Program-made: the position numbers and the translations under genes
From: an uncultured Rickettsiales bacterium
GTDB lineage: Bacteria; Pseudomonadota; Alphaproteobacteria; Rickettsiales; RI-342
NCBI GenBank assembly: GCA_964435165.1
Contig: CAYSXY010000006.1
Span: forward strand, 396-64,395
Direction of reading: 5' to 3'
DNA: 64,000 nt
Notes under the pieces: model-generated
Database searches by the model: none
The model's input: the letters and a program-made list of their open reading frames with translations, nothing else
Told to the model about the DNA's origin: nothing
Shown here: positions 19,587 to 31,784 of the stretch, piece after piece
How the letters are laid out: each line of letters opens with the position of its first letter
Position numbering within the stretch: position 1 is the first letter of the stretch

Positions 19587-20045
19587 TTAGCGAAATAGTT
19601 GCATCAGCTGCTGCGATGCGACATCGCTAAATACAAAAAAAGCGATAAGCGCCACGATTTGCAGCAGAAAAATCAGCCAGAACATCGCTCTGAAACTCTG
19701 CTTTTTGGTTTTGTGACGAAACCACTTGCTTGCAAGATAAGCGGCAGGCGTGGCTCCAACCAGTGCTAACCCGTGCAAGGTACGCTCAGGGATGCGACGG
19801 CGTGTGGATTGCGCCGCGCGCTTATCATACCAATAGAGAATGACTTCCCATAGGTTAATCAATGCAAGATGCATCAGCACGACCGGCACCAAGACAGCCT
19901 GCGACCATTGCATGGGTGGTGCAGCTGGATAAAGTAAGTGCAGCGCGGCCATAACACTCGCCGCATGCAAGACATAAGCCGGGTGGCGTAGACCACGTAC
20001 CAGAAACATGAGGGCCGCCAGAAACACCAACGCTGTAAGTAACAT
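19587..20045 (-). CDS. DUF1294 membrane protein
   Basis: YDKRAAQSTRRRIPERTLHGLALVGATPAAYLASKWFRHKTKKQSF matches the DUF1294 core. Several TM helices. Confidence 0.7.
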   Translation of the reverse strand: MLLTALVFLAALMFLVRGLRHPAYVLHAASVMAALHLLYPAAPPMQWSQAVLVPVVLMHLALINLWEVILYWYDKRAAQSTRRRIPERTLHGLALVGATPAAYLASKWFRHKTKKQSFRAMFWLIFLLQIVALIAFFVFSDVASQQLMQLFR

Positions 20046-20141
20046 GCATGAATCCTTTTCTCTTTTCCCTGCAATATAGCATGTGGCGGATTAGTATGTT
20101 AATAGCAATGAGTATTTCGCTTATCATCGAGTATTCACATT

Positions 20142-20972
20142 ATGCCAAAGCATTTTCTAACCCTGTGCTGTGTTGTTCTGTTGAGCCTGACCATTTCTGC
20201 CTGCAGCAGCACCGCAGATGAGGATGAACTGCCTGCTTCCTCCGGCATGAGCGCTGAAGAATTATATGAAGAAGCCCGACTTGCCCTGAATGCAGGAAGA
20301 CTTCGTGAAGCCTCCGATTTATTTGAAGAACTTGAGCGGGAACACCCGTTCTCGCAATGGGCACGTCGCGGCAAAGTAATGGCTGCCTATGCCCGCTATA
20401 AGCGTGGTGACTATGCCGATGCCGTGGCAATGATGGAAAGCTACACACGGCTCTATCCAGCGGCGGACGATGCTCCATACGCCTATTACATCATTGCCCT
20501 GAGTTATTATGAGCAAATTGCTGATATTGGCCGTGACCAGAAAGTGACCGAGCAGGCTCGTAAAGCGCTCAATGACGTGATGCGTCGTTTTCCGGAATCT
20601 GACTATGCGGTGGATGCCAAGCTTAAGCTTGATCTGGTCCATGATCATCTGGCCGGTAAGGAAATGGAAGTTGGGCGTTATTATCAACAGCGTGACGTGT
20701 GCATGGCTGCACTTAACAGATTCCGCCGTGTGGTGGAAGAATATGAAACCACCACGCATACACCCGAAGCGCTGCACCGCATGGTGGAGTGTTATCTCCG
20801 TCTCGGCCTGACGGATGATGCTCGCCGCAGCGCCGCCGTGCTTGGTCATAATTACCCTGAGAGCGCATGGTATGCCGATAGTTACCGCCTTGTGACAGGG
20901 AGTACAGGAAGTGACGGCAACCTGCCGGTGCCGGGTGATGATAGCTGGCTGCCCAGCCTGAATATTTTTTAA
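20142..20972 (+). CDS. bamD: Outer membrane protein assembly factor BamD (lipoprotein)
   Basis: Lipobox LTISAC, then TPR-like YfiO/BamD repeats (YARYKRGDYADAVAMMESYTRLYP, RFPESDYAVDA). Confidence 0.85.
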   Translation: MPKHFLTLCCVVLLSLTISACSSTADEDELPASSGMSAEELYEEARLALNAGRLREASDLFEELEREHPFSQWARRGKVMAAYARYKRGDYADAVAMMESYTRLYPAADDAPYAYYIIALSYYEQIADIGRDQKVTEQARKALNDVMRRFPESDYAVDAKLKLDLVHDHLAGKEMEVGRYYQQRDVCMAALNRFRRVVEEYETTTHTPEALHRMVECYLRLGLTDDARRSAAVLGHNYPESAWYADSYRLVTGSTGSDGNLPVPGDDSWLPSLNIF

Positions 20973-20990
20973 CGACCTGCACCCCTTCCT

Positions 20991-24775
<3,785 letters not shown>

Positions 24776-24777
<2 letters not shown>

Positions 24778-24989
24778 ATAGTGTCGTTATGAGATGTTTA
24801 ATAGCCTGCAAATTGCCATTTTTTTGCGCTTAGATTCGCCTCGTTTTAACTCGGCTCACCCTCCGGGAGCTTCGCTTCCAATGACCTTTCGGCTCATTGT
24901 CGGCTTTCATGTATTGATATACACTGGAACTTCCGGTTCTCGAAAATGGCGATTTTCGTCATATTCTCCAACTCACAACAACACTATCT
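24776..24989. repeat. Second TIR-bounded intergenic element (~214 bp) sharing a 74-nt core with 18007-18080
   Basis: agatagtgtcgttatg (24776-24791) versus cacaacaacactatct (24974-24989) matches 14/16 as inverted repeats. The internal core 24833-24904 is ~77% identical to 18007-18080 by hand alignment. Confidence 0.4.
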
Positions 24990-25008
24990 GATAGCGTAGC
25001 GCATCCTT

Positions 25009-25953
25009 ATGACTCTCAGCTCGATTTCCACTGTTGACGCCGACCCGGAGCAACCGCCGCTCTGGGTGGTTCGTTTTGACATACCACGACATTATGCCGA
25101 CTATATGTCGGAAGCCCTGGCAGAATGCACCGTTGCCCTGACCGCGCTGGAAGGCAGCAATCCCGAACGCTGGCTGATGGAAGCACTGTGTGACCATGAG
25201 CCTGATCGTGAAATATGGAAAAAGCGCCTTCATACCCTCACCGCACCGCTTGGCATTGAGGCACCGGTAATCGGCATCACCCCGCTGGAACAAAAGAACT
25301 GGATTGAAGAAACGCAACGCCGATTTCCTCCTTTTTCCATTGGTTCGTTTTTCATTCACGGCTCACATGTGACCGAAGGCATTCCCGCCGACCAATTGAT
25401 CATTCAGCTGGATGCCGGATTAGCTTTCGGCTCCGGCGAGCACGCCACCACTGCCGGATGCCTGATGCTGTTAGAGAAATTACAACAGCGCGGGTTTAAG
25501 CCAGAATCTGTGCTGGATATGGGCTGCGGTTCGGCCATTCTGGCCATCGCGGTAGCACGTCTGTGGCCAGATATGACCGACAGCGCCATCATTGCTGCAG
25601 ATATTGATGCGACCTCGGTCAGCGTCGCATCGGATAATGCACGTATCAATCAGGTCGAACGCAGCATACATCTCGTTGAAAGCAGTGGCTTTTCCCACAC
25701 GGATATACAGGCAAAAGCGCCCTATGATGTGATTGTTGCTAATATCCTGATGACGCCTCTCATTGGCATGGCAGGAGATATTCAGCATCATCTGGCGGCT
25801 GATGGTGCCGTGATTTTGTCCGGCATTTTGATGAGCCAATGTGATGAGGTGATTGCCGCTTATGCCGACAATGGCTTGAAGCTGCAGGAACGGCTGGATA
25901 AGGATGGCTGGTCGAGCTTATTGTTACATCATAAGGAAGCAGGCCATGACTGA
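25009..25953 (+). CDS. prmA: Ribosomal protein L11 methyltransferase
   Basis: PrmA layout with SAM motif LDMGCGSAILAIA and ANIL; typical size. Confidence 0.85.
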   Translation: MTLSSISTVDADPEQPPLWVVRFDIPRHYADYMSEALAECTVALTALEGSNPERWLMEALCDHEPDREIWKKRLHTLTAPLGIEAPVIGITPLEQKNWIEETQRRFPPFSIGSFFIHGSHVTEGIPADQLIIQLDAGLAFGSGEHATTAGCLMLLEKLQQRGFKPESVLDMGCGSAILAIAVARLWPDMTDSAIIAADIDATSVSVASDNARINQVERSIHLVESSGFSHTDIQAKAPYDVIVANILMTPLIGMAGDIQHHLAADGAVILSGILMSQCDEVIAAYADNGLKLQERLDKDGWSSLLLHHKEAGHD

Positions 25954-27775
25954 CCCGATTGCCCATAGCGAGGCACTTCAGCAAGAACGTTTGAGCAGGC
26001 TGCGTGATGAAATGTTGCGCCGGGGCATTGATGCTTACCTGCAACCGACCAGTGATGCCTATCTCAATGAGTTTGTTCCCCCGCCTGGCCAACGCTTAGC
26101 ATGGCTGACCGGCTTCACCGGCTCGAATGGCCAGGCGGTGGTGCTGGAATCGGAAGCCGCATTGTTTACCGACGGGCGCTATACGCTTCAAGCGGCACAG
26201 CAAGTCTCCGGAAATGATTACACGATTCATAATCTGTCCGAGATGACTGCGGTGCGCTGGATTGGCACCCAGCTGTCTGAAGGTCGGCGCGTTGGCATCG
26301 ACCCCTATCTCTGGCCGATCCGCGCTGCTAAAAAACTCAACACCGAATTACAGCGCTATGGCAAACAACTCGTCGCGTTAGACAGCAATCCGATTGATAC
26401 GATCTGGGCAGATCGCCCCTCGGAATCCTTTGGCCGTATTGACATTCATGAAATGCGCTATGCCGGAGAGAGCAGCACATCTAAACGTCGTCAGCTCTGT
26501 GAACAACTGGCTGCCCAGCACATTGATGCCTTGTTTGTTGCTGATCCGTCATCTGTCTGCTGGCTGATGAATATTCGTGGTCATGATGTGCCGCATACGC
26601 CGCTGGTGCTGGCGCACGCGCTGCTTGAACCTTCACTGGAGCAGGAAGAAGGCCTGCTGACCCTGTTTATCGATGAGCGCCGCCTCGATGCCGACCTCTA
26701 TGCGCATTTTGGCGAACATATACGCATCAAACCACCGGAAGCATTGGCAGAAACGGTTAAAGACATGGCCCGGCATGCATCATGCCACCTTCAGCTTGAC
26801 CCTGCCACAACGCCTTACGCTTATGGAATACTACTGGAAAGCCTGGAACTGGAAGTGCATCATGCGGTCGATCCATGCCTGATGCCCAAAGCGTGCAAAA
26901 ATGCCTGTGAAGTAGCCGGGAGCATGGCCGCACATGCGCGGGACGGGTTGGCGCTCACACGCTTTTTGCATTGGCTGGATGAGCAGGCACCTCATGGCAC
27001 AGTCAGCGAATTATCGGCTGCCGAACAGCTGCAACATCTGCGTCGGGAGGTGCCGGACTATCGTGATGATAGTTTTGATTACATCTCCGGCTTTGGGGCA
27101 AACGGTGCCATTGTCCATTACCGCGCCACCGAATCGACCAGCGTCACGCTGGGCCCGGCCGGGCTTTATCTGATTGATTCCGGGGCGCAATATCCGGACG
27201 GCACAACGGATGTGACGCGCACCGTGACCATTGGCACACCGACGGAAGAACAACGGCACTGTTTTACCCGGGTGCTGAAAGGACATATTGCACTGGCCAC
27301 CGCCATCTTTCCCGAAGGGACCACCGGCACGCAGCTCGATATTCTGGCGCGGCAGGCCTTGTGGGAGGCCGGGCTGGATTATGACCATGGTACCGGGCAT
27401 GGCGTTGGCAGTTACCTTGGTGTGCATGAAGGGCCGCAGCGCATCAGCAAACGTGCAGGCGACACGGCTCTCCGGCCCGGCATGATTCTTTCTATCGAGC
27501 CCGGATATTACAAAGCAGGTGAATTTGGCATTCGCATTGAAAATCTGGCGGTGATTTCACCCGTAGACGCCATGCAGAGTGATCGGCCTTTTTATCGGTT
27601 TGAAATGCTTACCAAAGCGCCGATTGATCGGCGACTAATTGACGAGACAATGCTAAATATAAAAGAAAAAGAATGGCTTAACGGCTATCATGCCATGGTT
27701 GCTGAGCAGTTTCTGCCGGATATTGAAGATGCTGCGCTGAAAGGCTGGTTAGAGAAGGCAACGCGCGCGCTGTAA
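25946..27775 (+). CDS. pepP: Xaa-Pro aminopeptidase (M24B, aminopeptidase P family)
   Basis: Motifs HGTGHGVGSYLGVHEGP, SIEPGYY, IRIEN. ATG 25946 overlaps the prmA stop by 8 nt; track start 25904 lies inside prmA. Confidence 0.85.
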   Translation: MTDPIAHSEALQQERLSRLRDEMLRRGIDAYLQPTSDAYLNEFVPPPGQRLAWLTGFTGSNGQAVVLESEAALFTDGRYTLQAAQQVSGNDYTIHNLSEMTAVRWIGTQLSEGRRVGIDPYLWPIRAAKKLNTELQRYGKQLVALDSNPIDTIWADRPSESFGRIDIHEMRYAGESSTSKRRQLCEQLAAQHIDALFVADPSSVCWLMNIRGHDVPHTPLVLAHALLEPSLEQEEGLLTLFIDERRLDADLYAHFGEHIRIKPPEALAETVKDMARHASCHLQLDPATTPYAYGILLESLELEVHHAVDPCLMPKACKNACEVAGSMAAHARDGLALTRFLHWLDEQAPHGTVSELSAAEQLQHLRREVPDYRDDSFDYISGFGANGAIVHYRATESTSVTLGPAGLYLIDSGAQYPDGTTDVTRTVTIGTPTEEQRHCFTRVLKGHIALATAIFPEGTTGTQLDILARQALWEAGLDYDHGTGHGVGSYLGVHEGPQRISKRAGDTALRPGMILSIEPGYYKAGEFGIRIENLAVISPVDAMQSDRPFYRFEMLTKAPIDRRLIDETMLNIKEKEWLNGYHAMVAEQFLPDIEDAALKGWLEKATRAL

Positions 27776-27863
27776 AAAATCTCGTTACTTTTCATCGGAT
27801 TGTCATATTTGTGTGTTATTTTCAAAGTGGGAACAACTAATAACGAATCATGCAACTATCAAT

Positions 27864-28790
27864 ATGGCGAGTAGAGACGACATTCAGGCAATTATTGCGC
27901 AATCCTTAGCGAGTGGCGCTATCAGTATGGAAGAACCTGATCATCTTGGGGTATTTTTCAATACTGAAGGTCTACCCACGCCGCATAATGCGACAGAATT
28001 AGCCAGTATTCTAAGTGAAAAAACGGTTGATGAAGCAGTTGACTTTATTCGTTTGATGCCTCTCAACCAGCAGGTGGCATTTGTTGAAGGGTATTTACAG
28101 GATTATCCTGCGTTAGCCGCCGCCTATCAGAACAATTTAATGGTCGATTTTATCGGGCCGGTGTTGGCAGGATTTGAGCCCCCCATGGATATAGCCGATT
28201 ATACGGGCATGGAGTCCATCAATGCCCATATCGCGACACATTACTCCGATCAAGACAGGGACGTTGTGTTGCAGGATGTCATTAATGGCACGCTTAATAG
28301 CCTGCCGGTAGGGGTTGAACCGGAAGACTTCTTTAATCCCAATATTAATGTAGCGACACTGACAGCAATCAGCGCATCAGCATCAGCCGCCGGTGAGATT
28401 GCTGCGAACGGCCCTGCGGTAGATGAACCCGGTGTCACAGAGCCGGAAGCAGAAACCGAACCCGGTGCAAATGCGGTCGATGAAGAAGAGATCGATGTGT
28501 TTGGTCTGTATGGCATCATTAAACGTGGCAGTGCCGGTGAAGAATTGAGCGACCGTGAGCAGGCTATTTTTGACCAATTTGCGGGAGATGACGGGCAGTT
28601 TGATTTGGGTAGTGATCTGGGCAATATTATTAGCTATGTGCTGGAAAATCCGGATATGCTTCGTGGCCTGTTTGGCGGCATGAGTTCCGATATTGCTGTC
28701 AATGCTCATACAAATGACCAAGCGACAGCTACTGCAAACAACACCGTATCTAACGAGCCGGTAACTTCAGCGGCACCTTTTTTGGCTTAA
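27864..28790 (+). CDS. Hypothetical highly acidic protein (ORFan-like)
   Basis: Track start 27813 is GTG; the first ATG is 27864 (MASRDDIQ...). Asp/Glu-rich with a low-complexity stretch EPGVTEPEAETEPGANAVDEEE. No motif recognised. The stop abuts the uvrD stop with 0 nt between them. Confidence 0.5.
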   Translation: MASRDDIQAIIAQSLASGAISMEEPDHLGVFFNTEGLPTPHNATELASILSEKTVDEAVDFIRLMPLNQQVAFVEGYLQDYPALAAAYQNNLMVDFIGPVLAGFEPPMDIADYTGMESINAHIATHYSDQDRDVVLQDVINGTLNSLPVGVEPEDFFNPNINVATLTAISASASAAGEIAANGPAVDEPGVTEPEAETEPGANAVDEEEIDVFGLYGIIKRGSAGEELSDREQAIFDQFAGDDGQFDLGSDLGNIISYVLENPDMLRGLFGGMSSDIAVNAHTNDQATATANNTVSNEPVTSAAPFLA

Positions 28791-31037
28791 TCAGCATTTC
28801 TTCGTCACATATTCCTGCAACAGCTTTTTCACTCCGGCTTTGTTGAAGCAGATTTCCAGCCGGTCCTCCTTAGCCGATAAGACACGCCCTTCCCCAAAGG
28901 TCGCATGCTCCACTTTGCACCCCACAGGAAAGGCTGCCGTACCGGTGGCTTTGATCGGCGAGGTGTTTTTGCGGCTGGATGTATAGGCGCGATCGCCGCT
29001 ATAAGTATCTTTTAAAATACTATCAATCTGCTCCTGCAAACGCTGACGCGACTGCCCGGCCGGGCCACCATCCATGCTGATGCGCTCCACATGCTCATCC
29101 GGCACTTCATCGAGAAAGCGTGACGGAATGCAATGCTGAAACTGATTATGCACTCGCCTGCCCGCCGCATGGGTGATGGTGAGCGTCTGGCGGGCGCGGG
29201 TAATACCGACATAGGCCAGTCGCCGTTCTTCTTCCAATCCCTGCTTGCCGGATTCATCCAGCGCGCGCTGGTGGGGAAACAACCCTTCCTCCCAGCCCGG
29301 TAAATAAACATGGTGAAATTCCAACCCTTTGGAACCATGCAAGGTCATAAGCGTCACCATCTCATCGCTGGCATTGGCATCCATCTCACGGTCCGCCACC
29401 AATCCCACATGTTCGAGAAACAGGATGACGGTCTCAAATTCATCTAACGCATGCACTAATTCTTTGAGGTTCTCGAGGCGGGTGGCACTTTCTTCACTAC
29501 GCTCCTCTTCCAACATGGCCTGATAGCTGGTACGCTCCAGGATACGTTCCACCAGATCGCCCGGAGCTAGCTGATCGCTCTGGCTGCGCCACTCAGTGAA
29601 AAGCTCCCACAGCTGCGCCAGTTCCGTCCTCGCCTTGCCTTTCAACCCGCCCTGCTCCAATTGCTGGCTGATGATACGATACAGTGAGATGCCTTGCGCG
29701 CGTGCTTCCTGTTGTAGGGCTTCCAGCGTGGCTTTGCCAATGCCTCGACGCGGCACATTGATGATGCGCTCCAGCGCCAGGTCATCATCCGGCTGCACGA
29801 TGACGCGCAGATAGGCAATCATGTCGCGGATTTCCTTGCGCTCGTAGAAGCGCAGGCCGCCGATCACCCGGTAAGGTATGCCGAGACTTAAGAACTGTTC
29901 TTCAAACGAACGGGTTTGAAACCCGGCCCGTACTAAAATGGCCATGTCGTTGAGTGAGGTGCTTCGACGTTGCAGCGCTTCAATGCTTTCAGCAATGGTG
30001 CGCGCTTCATCGCGGTCATCCCAGACGGATCGGATGATAATTTTCTCGCCCGCGCCATCTTCCGTCCACAAGGTTTTACCCAAACGTTCACTATTATGGG
30101 CAATCAGGCCGGAAGCAGCCGCCAGAATTTGCGGGGTCGAGCGGTAGTTGCGTTCCAGCCGCGTGACCGTCGCGTCGGGAAAGTCCTTCTCGAATTTCAG
30201 AATATGGCCGACTTCGGCCCCGCGCCAGCTATAAATCGATTGATCGTCATCACCGACGCAGCACAGATTCTGGTGGGATGCCGCCAGCAGACGCAGCAAT
30301 AAATATTGGGCGATATTGGTATCCTGATACTCATCGACCAGAATATAACGAAACCGGGTGGCGAAAGATTCCAGCACCTCCGGCTGCTTGCTGAACAAGG
30401 TGATGCAATGCAGGATCAAGTCACCAAAATCCACGGCATTGAGCTGCTCCAGGCGTGATTGATAACGCCGATAAATCTCATGCATCCGGCCATTGGCAAA
30501 CCCACCCACCTCATTGGCGGAGAGTTTGTCCGGTGTCAGCGCTTTATCTTTCCATCCCTGAATGATGGCCAGCGCGCCTTTGGCCGGCCAACGCTTCTCA
30601 TCCAGATGATGTTCGGCCATAATGGTTTTGAGCAGGCGAATCTGGTCATCCGTATCCAGAATGGTAAACTGGCTGCTTAAGCCAAGATGTGGCGCATGAC
30701 GGCGGAGGATGCGCACTCCCATGGAGTGGAAAGTGCCGATCCACATACCATCCACGCTGTTACCGATCATCGCCGCCACACGCTCTTTCATCTCGCGCGC
30801 CGCCTTGTTGGTGAAGGTGACGGCCAGCACCTGGCCCGGGAATGCCTTTTTGGTCATGAGAAGGTGGGCGATTCGCGTGGTCAGCACGCGGGTTTTGCCG
30901 GTCCCTGCCCCTGCCAGCACTAAGGACGGCCCTTCCGTCCGGGTGACCGCCTGCTGCTGTTCCGGATTCAGCCCGGCCAGATAATCGGGAGTGGCGAAGC
31001 GTTCAGGCATGGTATAATCTTCCGGCATAACAGACAT
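28791..31037 (-). CDS. uvrD: ATP-dependent DNA helicase, UvrD/Rep (SF1) family
   Basis: Motifs LNPEQQQAV, AGAGTGKTRVLT, VDEYQDTN, NYRSTPQIL, TLMTLHGSKGLEF, VGITRAR. ATG 31037 (MSVMPEDY...) is preferred over track start 31100. Confidence 0.9.
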   Translation of the reverse strand: MSVMPEDYTMPERFATPDYLAGLNPEQQQAVTRTEGPSLVLAGAGTGKTRVLTTRIAHLLMTKKAFPGQVLAVTFTNKAAREMKERVAAMIGNSVDGMWIGTFHSMGVRILRRHAPHLGLSSQFTILDTDDQIRLLKTIMAEHHLDEKRWPAKGALAIIQGWKDKALTPDKLSANEVGGFANGRMHEIYRRYQSRLEQLNAVDFGDLILHCITLFSKQPEVLESFATRFRYILVDEYQDTNIAQYLLLRLLAASHQNLCCVGDDDQSIYSWRGAEVGHILKFEKDFPDATVTRLERNYRSTPQILAAASGLIAHNSERLGKTLWTEDGAGEKIIIRSVWDDRDEARTIAESIEALQRRSTSLNDMAILVRAGFQTRSFEEQFLSLGIPYRVIGGLRFYERKEIRDMIAYLRVIVQPDDDLALERIINVPRRGIGKATLEALQQEARAQGISLYRIISQQLEQGGLKGKARTELAQLWELFTEWRSQSDQLAPGDLVERILERTSYQAMLEEERSEESATRLENLKELVHALDEFETVILFLEHVGLVADREMDANASDEMVTLMTLHGSKGLEFHHVYLPGWEEGLFPHQRALDESGKQGLEEERRLAYVGITRARQTLTITHAAGRRVHNQFQHCIPSRFLDEVPDEHVERISMDGGPAGQSRQRLQEQIDSILKDTYSGDRAYTSSRKNTSPIKATGTAAFPVGCKVEHATFGEGRVLSAKEDRLEICFNKAGVKKLLQEYVTKKC

Positions 31038-31056
31038 AGAGAATTCACATTCGCAG

Positions 31057-31587
31057 ATGAAAAAGAGCGCTATTAAAGCGGAGATACCACAGACGCACAA
31101 GCATGACGATGTGGTGATTCAACCCATGCAGCGCCATGATTGCCCAGACGTGGTGACTATGGTCGCCGGACTGGCGCGAGATGAAGGCGAGCCTGCGCCA
31201 ATGCTGAGCACATCGGCACTGGAGCAATTATGCCTCGAGCCTCATGACGGGCCGTCTCTTGACCTGGCCTGGGCGGGATCGACCATCGCAGGCTTTATTC
31301 ATTATTATCCCGGTTACGATCTCGGCTCCGGGACACGCGGCATGCATTTGGGGGATATTTATGTCCGCCCGAACCATCGCCGCCAGGGTATCGGCCATCG
31401 CTTACTCGCACATTGTGCCCAGCAGACGCTGGCGATGAAAGGTGAATGGATGACCTTGCGCCTGCTGGACAGTAATTGGTCGGCCGCGCAGTTTTACAAA
31501 CAGCATGGTGCCGTTAGCATGGCGGGAGTCTCAGCACTCTCTTTCGGGCAGGGTGCGCTGCATCTATTAGCAGAGACCTCTGGATGA
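31057..31587 (+). CDS. GNAT family N-acetyltransferase
   Basis: Acetyl-CoA binding motif RRQGIGHRLL in the expected position; about 176 aa. Confidence 0.75.
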   Translation: MKKSAIKAEIPQTHKHDDVVIQPMQRHDCPDVVTMVAGLARDEGEPAPMLSTSALEQLCLEPHDGPSLDLAWAGSTIAGFIHYYPGYDLGSGTRGMHLGDIYVRPNHRRQGIGHRLLAHCAQQTLAMKGEWMTLRLLDSNWSAAQFYKQHGAVSMAGVSALSFGQGALHLLAETSG

Positions 31588-31784
31588 GTAAAAAAGCGGA
31601 AACTGTTCCCTCGCCCTGCATTGCGGTGTGCAGCATTGATGCACAGACCGGTTACTGCAAGGGGTGCTACCGCACACTGGAAGAAGTGGCAGGCTGGGCT
31701 GCATTTGATAATGCAACAAAACGGCAGGTCTTAGAGGCACTGGAACAGCGAAAAGCAAATGCTACACCGGATGATAGTGGCTAG
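31584..31784 (+). CDS. DUF1289 (four-Cys) small protein
   Basis: SPCIAVCSIDAQTGYCKGCYRTLEEVAGW pattern. ATGA junction with the GNAT stop. Confidence 0.75.
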   Translation: MSKKAETVPSPCIAVCSIDAQTGYCKGCYRTLEEVAGWAAFDNATKRQVLEALEQRKANATPDDSG

